From NCBI GenBank assembly GCA_013166775.1, contig JABLTJ010000002.1, positions 32,001 through 96,000 of the forward strand: DNA of 64,000 bases. Direction: 5' to 3'. A model generated the notes under the pieces. It ran no database searches. It was not told where the DNA came from and was given only the letters and a program-made list of their open reading frames with translations. The DNA comes from Promethearchaeati archaeon. GTDB taxonomy: Archaea > Asgardarchaeota > Heimdallarchaeia > Heimdallarchaeales > Heimdallarchaeaceae. The position numbers were made by a program, and so were the translations under genes. Of the stretch, positions 58,262 through 64,000 are shown piece after piece; position 1 is the first letter of the stretch; each line of letters opens with the position of its first letter.

Positions 58262-58892
58262 ACTTCAGAACAAAAACTATTTTTTCTTCTTTCTTCTCGG
58301 AAAAAATCTTTCCCTCTTTCTTCATATATTCTCTATATTCATCTCCAAATTCTTCTAGAAGAATCTCTTCTTCATTTTTTGTTGTTATAACATATCCAGG
58401 AATACCTAGCAATAGGACAAGTAGATAAGGGGAATGTGTTACAAGTGGGAGACCAATAAAACAAACAATAGACATAGTATATTCAGGATGACGAACGATA
58501 GCTTATCCCCACTTTGTAACTAGTTTTGAACTATCTATAGCCAGATAAGCACTTCTCCCAATTCTTCCAAATGAAGCGATGATAATTCCAATAGTCATCA
58601 AAAACATTCCAATTAATACCAAAACAACTTGAGCTATAAATGGGAGGTAAATTGTAAGAAATAGGACTTTTCTGGTTTAGTATAGAATAGGTGCAATGAA
58701 AATATATACCCAAAAGAAAACTGTTGGGAAAAAGACAAAAATCCCTTCAAGAATAGATTTGAAAGATGCATTGGGGTATGAAGCTTTACCCTTCTTAATC
58801 AGCATATAAATGTCGAAAGGAATGTGAGTAAGAATATAAACACTAAGAAAACTAATTAGAAATTTGTGTATTAAATCACCAATATAAACCAT
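58254..58892 (-). pseudogene. ICMT/PEMT-family (isoprenylcysteine carboxyl methyltransferase-like) gene with two in-frame TAA stops
   Basis: One frame from ATG 58892 reads ...APILY*TRKVLF...KLVTKWG*AIVRHPEY...EEEILLEEFGDEYREYMKK; stops at 58677-58679 and 58503-58505. Confidence 0.82.
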
Positions 58893-58959
58893 ATAATCAC
58901 AAATTCTAATTTATTATAGAGCAGATTTAGTGTTGTAATTGAGGAAAAAAAAAGAAAAA

Positions 58960-60771
58960 TTATTTATTAACTTTTCTCGACACATATACTGATACTATTC
59001 CAGAGAACATGAATATTATTAAAAGAACATTACTATACTCAGAAATTGTTGAAAAATAACCTGCTTCTTCCATTAATGTAGTAGCTAGACTTATATCATA
59101 AGTATAGGGAGTAAGGCTATTATCAAAATCTACGCAGCCATCAGGCATTGTACTTACAGCAGGAAATCCCAATCCGTTTAAAATATCATCAACAATTGTT
59201 TGACGAGGAATACAGTGACTTATTGCATGTCTAACTTTCTTAGCTGCTTCTGGTGTTCCAACTGGAGTAAGTTCACCTGTACCTAGTACAGGATGTTTCA
59301 TGTTAATTGATAATTCTCCGTGCCTAAGATTTGTAACAAGAACACCTTCAATTCCAGTAACACCTTCAAAATCTGTCCAATCTGGGAAGAATTGAGCATC
59401 CATAATGTCTATTGTTCCATCAATTAATGAAGCAACAGCTGAATCTTTACCTGAAATGAATGCTAGATAGAATTCATCTAAATCTACTGGGTCTCCAAGC
59501 CAATATGGATTAGGTTCTAGCTTTACTACACTATTTACTATATCAAAAGCTGTAAGCATCATTGGACCACAAGATTTGACAAGTGCAGCACCATCGCCGT
59601 TAACATCTGCAACGCTGAAAGGCATGATATCAAGAATACCCCATCCACGAGCATTAATACGAGGTTCAACATCACTTTTATCAAGAATTGGAATGTTATA
59701 CAAATATTCCCAGAAATTGTAAATGCCTGTCATTTCAAAGGTAACATTTCCACCAGCTACATTGCCAGTATCTGCGTCAACTGCAATAGAAGAGTTGTCA
59801 CCAAACCAATATACCATGGTTGAATAATCTGCTGAACCAGATAATGGTGTCATATGCATTTGGTAGCTGTAAACAATATCCTCAGGAATGACTTCTTCTC
59901 CATCACTGAATTTAGCTAGTGGGTCTAGTTTCATTTCAACGGTTTGTGTTCCTGCAACAAGATTGAATTCAGTATACAGAGATTCTGCAACTTCTGGTTC
60001 CCAGCCATGGGTTCCTTGAGCTCGTTTTAATGGACAGCCATAAACTTGACTCATCCATTGTTTATCGTAAAATGATTCAGCTCCGAAGATGTTTGGTTCG
60101 CTCAAATCAGAAGGGATTCCATATTTGATTATATTATCATCTGGGTCATCCCAGTACTCGATACGGTAATTGGAAGTAGATAGTAACAAATTATCGATTC
60201 CTGTAAGTCCTTCTTTGAATCCAAAGAGATCACCGCGGTAGATTATTCCAATAGCTGGAAGATCTTCATAGATTATTGCTTGTAGTTGATGAGAGTTACT
60301 CATTCTCTCAGTAAAATCAACAGAGGTAAGATATTGCTCAAATATTGCATCATATGTTGGATTTGAATATTGGTAATAGTTGTCGCCAAGAGGGATTATA
60401 GCTGTGGTTTCATACATACTCGCTAAATCTCCATCTAAATCCCAAAGCCATCCTACAAAGAGGACATCATATCCACCATCTTCAAATGTTGGAATATGAT
60501 CATATTCGACACCAACTGGATAAGCCCAAGTTCGTGGAGCGATGTTGCCCCAACCTGTTAAGTCTTCGAAAGAAACATTTATTCCAATTTTAGCTATTTC
60601 TTGTTCAATTAAATTAGCCCATTGAATTCTAGCTGGATTAGTATTTGGTGTTAAGAAATTTATATAAATGACTGGATCTGGATTTTGACCTTGTACTCCT
60701 AACAAGAAGTTTGGTGTAAGTAAAATCAATATTAAAATGAATATATCGAATTTTGTTTTCATTTTTATCAC
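58960..60771 (-). CDS. ABC solute-binding protein family 5 (OppA/DppA-like), circularly permuted, C-terminal TM anchor
   Basis: KFSDGEEV.PED(I)VYS, GPM.L, PNPYW, VRHAISHCIPRQ.IV; signal peptide and C-terminal TM with basic tail. Confidence 0.88.
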   Translation of the reverse strand: MIKMKTKFDIFILILILLTPNFLLGVQGQNPDPVIYINFLTPNTNPARIQWANLIEQEIAKIGINVSFEDLTGWGNIAPRTWAYPVGVEYDHIPTFEDGGYDVLFVGWLWDLDGDLASMYETTAIIPLGDNYYQYSNPTYDAIFEQYLTSVDFTERMSNSHQLQAIIYEDLPAIGIIYRGDLFGFKEGLTGIDNLLLSTSNYRIEYWDDPDDNIIKYGIPSDLSEPNIFGAESFYDKQWMSQVYGCPLKRAQGTHGWEPEVAESLYTEFNLVAGTQTVEMKLDPLAKFSDGEEVIPEDIVYSYQMHMTPLSGSADYSTMVYWFGDNSSIAVDADTGNVAGGNVTFEMTGIYNFWEYLYNIPILDKSDVEPRINARGWGILDIMPFSVADVNGDGAALVKSCGPMMLTAFDIVNSVVKLEPNPYWLGDPVDLDEFYLAFISGKDSAVASLIDGTIDIMDAQFFPDWTDFEGVTGIEGVLVTNLRHGELSINMKHPVLGTGELTPVGTPEAAKKVRHAISHCIPRQTIVDDILNGLGFPAVSTMPDGCVDFDNSLTPYTYDISLATTLMEEAGYFSTISEYSNVLLIIFMFSGIVSVYVSRKVNK

Positions 60772-60875
60772 TTTTTAATTAATCAAATCAAATCTTGATA
60801 GAATAAAAATAAAAAGCTTTTGCATTATATTTATAAAGTGAATATTTTAATGAAATACTAAAATAAATAATTCGA

Positions 60876-61976
60876 TTAAATCAATTTAAACAGGTTAACT
60901 TTTCTTGAAAATGCTCTTTTGAACATCCATCTTATTAAATTTTTTGGACGTTTGGAAATCTCTGAAGCTTTTCTTGGAATTAAACTCATTGCATCCTTTG
61001 GACATACAATTGCACATACACCACACCCCACACATTTATCATTAGAAACGCACTTTCTATCATCAACTTCCAGTGCATTAAACTGACATCGAGCTATACA
61101 TTTTCCACAACCTATGCAATCTTCTTCGTTAATTGAGATTCTGTAATCAGATTTAACAAAAGCGTGAGGTTGATTCCATTCTGTTAATCCTCTAAGGACA
61201 CCACAACAGCATGTGCAACAATTGCAAATATATTTATGGCCTAATTCTACATTCATTGATGTATGGATAAGACCTGCTTCTTCCGTTTCTTTGAGGATTT
61301 CTAGAGATCTTTCCTTTGTAATTGGTTCTGTTCTAATGCTATTCTCGTAGGCATTCTCTCGACTTGAAAAAGTCATACAAACCTTTGTAGGATACTTACA
61401 AGGATTCTCTCTTATCATTTCCTGTTGTACTTTGCAGATACAGTCTCTTATTCCCCAGCTTTTTGCGTCTCTCACAATGTTCTCTGCTTCATCATAAGTA
61501 TGGATTTCAAGCTCTGTTTTTATCACTCTCTTAACTGGTACAACTCTTTGAATGGGAGGAGTTGATGAAAATAAGACTTCCCCTTGAGTTTTTTGGACAT
61601 AATCTTCGAACAGCTGTGCAAATTCAGAATCCATTCTGTGAATCTGTTCTTCATAAATTCCAACAACAAACGGTAGCACACCGTATTTCTTTTTACCTTT
61701 AGATCTTCGAATATGAATTTGCCCTTTCTCTTTCATGATTTTGAGCTTTGCTGCTAGTTTTTTAATAGGAATCTTCAATCGCTTGGACATTTTCTCAACT
61801 GTTTCTCCTGAAAGCTTCATCTTACTGGCAAGTTCAGCTTCATCAGGTTCAAAAATCCATTGTAAAAGTTTCAAGTGGGTACCATCTTCTACAGTAGCGA
61901 ATCCATTAGGAATTCTATTGAGTGTCTTAGATAATTCATGGTAAGGGTCGTAAGTCCTCTTCACAGCTTTAGTCAA
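60876..61976 (-). CDS. 4Fe-4S ferredoxin-domain protein
   Basis: DCICK, ICNCCTCCC, CIGCGKCIARC, CVGCGVCAIVCP. Confidence 0.9.
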   Translation of the reverse strand: MTKAVKRTYDPYHELSKTLNRIPNGFATVEDGTHLKLLQWIFEPDEAELASKMKLSGETVEKMSKRLKIPIKKLAAKLKIMKEKGQIHIRRSKGKKKYGVLPFVVGIYEEQIHRMDSEFAQLFEDYVQKTQGEVLFSSTPPIQRVVPVKRVIKTELEIHTYDEAENIVRDAKSWGIRDCICKVQQEMIRENPCKYPTKVCMTFSSRENAYENSIRTEPITKERSLEILKETEEAGLIHTSMNVELGHKYICNCCTCCCGVLRGLTEWNQPHAFVKSDYRISINEEDCIGCGKCIARCQFNALEVDDRKCVSNDKCVGCGVCAIVCPKDAMSLIPRKASEISKRPKNLIRWMFKRAFSRKVNLFKLI

Positions 61977-62059
61977 TATATCCGCGTCCTGATTTATTGA
62001 GTTGTGGAAAGCTTACTAAAAAAGATTCACTTGAAACAAATAAAGAAAAAGCTTGGAAT

Positions 62060-63898
62060 TTATTTCTTTCTTCTAGAAAAAATGACTAGCATTGTAATAA
62101 ATGAACAACCTAGAAGAGAGAATATTGTGCTAAAGGTAATAAGCAATTCTTTTTGTTCTTCTTTTAAAATTTGGTAGTTTTCGAATGGATTGAAGGGAAA
62201 ATCGGAAAGACCTCCATCTGACATAAAATCACTAGCTAACTCAATATCAAAACGACGAGGTTCTAAATATTCACTAAAGCCAACACATCCATCTGGTATA
62301 CTTGTTACCCCTGGTATTGCATTATCTTTAATCAATACGTCACTTATATATTGCCTTGGAATGGCATGACTAATACCTTTTCTTATCAATTTAGCAGCTT
62401 CAGGTGTTCCTATTGGTGTCAACTCACCGGTGCCTAACACCGGATGTTTCATGTTTACTGCAATAATTTCTGTAAAAAACGATTTGCTATAAACTGGAAT
62501 CATGTCACTGATATTTTCAATATCTGAGTATTTTAAGTAGTATTTTGAGTCTATTATATCAACCTGGTTATCTATAAATTTCTGTAAGACTAGGTTTTTA
62601 TCCTGGATTCTTAAGAAATTTATTTCATCAAAATGAGGGGTAGGACCAAACCAAAATTCATTAGGTATTAATCTCACCGTTTGATCACTTTGGTTATAAT
62701 CCTTCATTTTAAACGGCCCACAAGAAGTAACAAGTGAATCATTTATATCAACCGAAAAGGGTGCATCATTAAAGATATCATAACCATATAAACTGACAAG
62801 AGGTTCTATTTCACTCTTATCAATAATACCAAATGACAATAGTTTGAGGTGGTGACTATAAGGTTGTGATACAAGGAATTCAACTCTATCTACATCTTTG
62901 ATACTTATTGAAGAATTTGATAGGAACCAATCTGTAAGGTAATCGTAAGCAGAGGAATTAACATCTGGAGTTAGGTGAAGCTGGTAAGTATAAACTATAT
63001 CTTCAGCAAGAACTGATTCTCCATTACTAAATGTCGCATTTGAGTTTATATCTACTGTTAAATTAATTATATTACTTGGTTTAAGGATAGCAGAATAATT
63101 TTGAGCTATTACAGGTTCCCAGTTATGATGTCCTTGTCCTCTTTGAAACAAGGAAGCATATACACATTGTGACCAAAGAGCATCAGAGTTTATTGGATCA
63201 TTAAACTGATCATATTCGATTCTGAAACAATTAAAGTTTGAGAATTCATCTGGTTGTGAGTAAATTAGTTTACTATCAGTACTACTATTCCAATATTCCG
63301 ATCTATGATTTCTTTTCAGTAACAATGTTGGATCAACATTGTAGGATTCATTCCTATAGCAGAACATCTCTTTGAGATAGGAGATCGAGATATCAGGTTG
63401 ATCTTCAAAAAGAAATTTTTGGAGAATTTCTGCACGATTTAACTGTTCAAAAGGTTCCAATTCTTCAATAAATGCATTTAGTACTGCATCATATGTTGGA
63501 TTGCTATACTGATAGAAATTGTCTCCATCAGGTGTTATAGCTGCTGTATCATATAATCCTTGTATGTTTAAATCTAAACCCCATTCTTTTCCTAGAAAAA
63601 TGATATCATATCCACCATTTTGATATATTGGAATATAATCATAATCAATCATCGGATAAGACCAAGTTCTTTGAGAAATATCACTCTTAGATTTTACATC
63701 AAAATTTGTAACACCAACTCCTATATTTTCAAATATCTCAGTTAGATACGATGCTATTTCTATTCGGTCCCTACTATCTTCTAAAACCAGAATACTAATT
63801 GAAAATGCTGTCTCCTGTTTGTAATTTTGAGTTAGTGTAATTGTTGGTCCAATTAAGAATGAGATAATGAAAATAATCACAAGCGTTTTCTTATTCAT
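62060..63898 (-). CDS. ABC solute-binding protein family 5, circularly permuted (paralog of 58960-60771)
   Basis: Shared GDN(Y/F)YQYSNPTYDA and NMKHPVLGTGELTP.GTPEAAK; FSNGESV.AEDIVYT; C-terminal TM. Confidence 0.88.
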   Translation of the reverse strand: MNKKTLVIIFIISFLIGPTITLTQNYKQETAFSISILVLEDSRDRIEIASYLTEIFENIGVGVTNFDVKSKSDISQRTWSYPMIDYDYIPIYQNGGYDIIFLGKEWGLDLNIQGLYDTAAITPDGDNFYQYSNPTYDAVLNAFIEELEPFEQLNRAEILQKFLFEDQPDISISYLKEMFCYRNESYNVDPTLLLKRNHRSEYWNSSTDSKLIYSQPDEFSNFNCFRIEYDQFNDPINSDALWSQCVYASLFQRGQGHHNWEPVIAQNYSAILKPSNIINLTVDINSNATFSNGESVLAEDIVYTYQLHLTPDVNSSAYDYLTDWFLSNSSISIKDVDRVEFLVSQPYSHHLKLLSFGIIDKSEIEPLVSLYGYDIFNDAPFSVDINDSLVTSCGPFKMKDYNQSDQTVRLIPNEFWFGPTPHFDEINFLRIQDKNLVLQKFIDNQVDIIDSKYYLKYSDIENISDMIPVYSKSFFTEIIAVNMKHPVLGTGELTPIGTPEAAKLIRKGISHAIPRQYISDVLIKDNAIPGVTSIPDGCVGFSEYLEPRRFDIELASDFMSDGGLSDFPFNPFENYQILKEEQKELLITFSTIFSLLGCSFITMLVIFSRRKK

Positions 63899-64000
63899 TT
63901 TCTACCCTCCACAATTCTTTTCTTTCTAGAGATTAAAGAAAAAGGTATTATTACAACTGCATTTAATGTAGCTAGTATAATACTGTAAATTTTCATCTTT

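Noticed and set aside
10336-58892. Several in-frame TAA codons (10339, 37171, 58503, 58677) suggesting stop-codon reassignment
   Set aside because: Many intact conserved genes here end at TAA at their expected C-termini (e.g. hypA, hypB, endA), so decay or sequencing error is more parsimonious
6-61944. Numerous 60-100 aa ORFs overlapping longer genes
   Set aside because: They lie antisense or out of frame within well-supported CDSs and show no recognisable motifs
1-64000. tRNA/rRNA genes, transposases, integrases, selenoprotein UGA read-through
   Set aside because: No GC-rich structured RNA-like segments, no mobile-element motifs, and the Cys-motif proteins are uninterrupted; a covariance-model search would be needed to exclude small ncRNAs

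Overview
AT-rich, gene-dense archaeal chromosomal segment that looks like an Asgard archaeon, probably Heimdallarchaeia (inferred from gene content). Supporting genes: three Arf/Sar-type small GTPases fused to longin/roadblock-like tails, a uDENN/longin-gelsolin-like protein, a membrane-anchored RING finger, an SLC44/CTL-like transporter, tRNA splicing endonuclease and a class III signal-peptide pilin. I found no rRNA, tRNA, CRISPR array or mobile element. Housekeeping genes include hypAB, pepQ, nfo, pcp, mobB, thiI, uppP, endA, an ABC exporter and Fe-S/FAD oxidoreductases. The two most striking candidate systems are (1) 11588-16711, a hairpin-repeat polytopic membrane protein, a multi-pass RING-finger protein and an SPFH/zinc-ribbon protein, which resembles a membrane ubiquitin-ligase/SPFH quality-control module; and (2) 47548-50329, a Sar1-like (DLGGH) GTPase-longin, a G3-degenerate pseudo-GTPase-longin and a uDENN/longin-gelsolin-like protein. 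Other oddities: an HhH-(AKKPx)8-eL33/L35Ae fusion, a KaiC-like ATPase followed by a KaiB-like CxxC thioredoxin, a membrane protein with a HEPN motif, circularly permuted family-5 solute-binding proteins, and several disrupted genes or non-canonical starts that the ORF track misses. All family assignments are by eye from motifs; no database searches were run.
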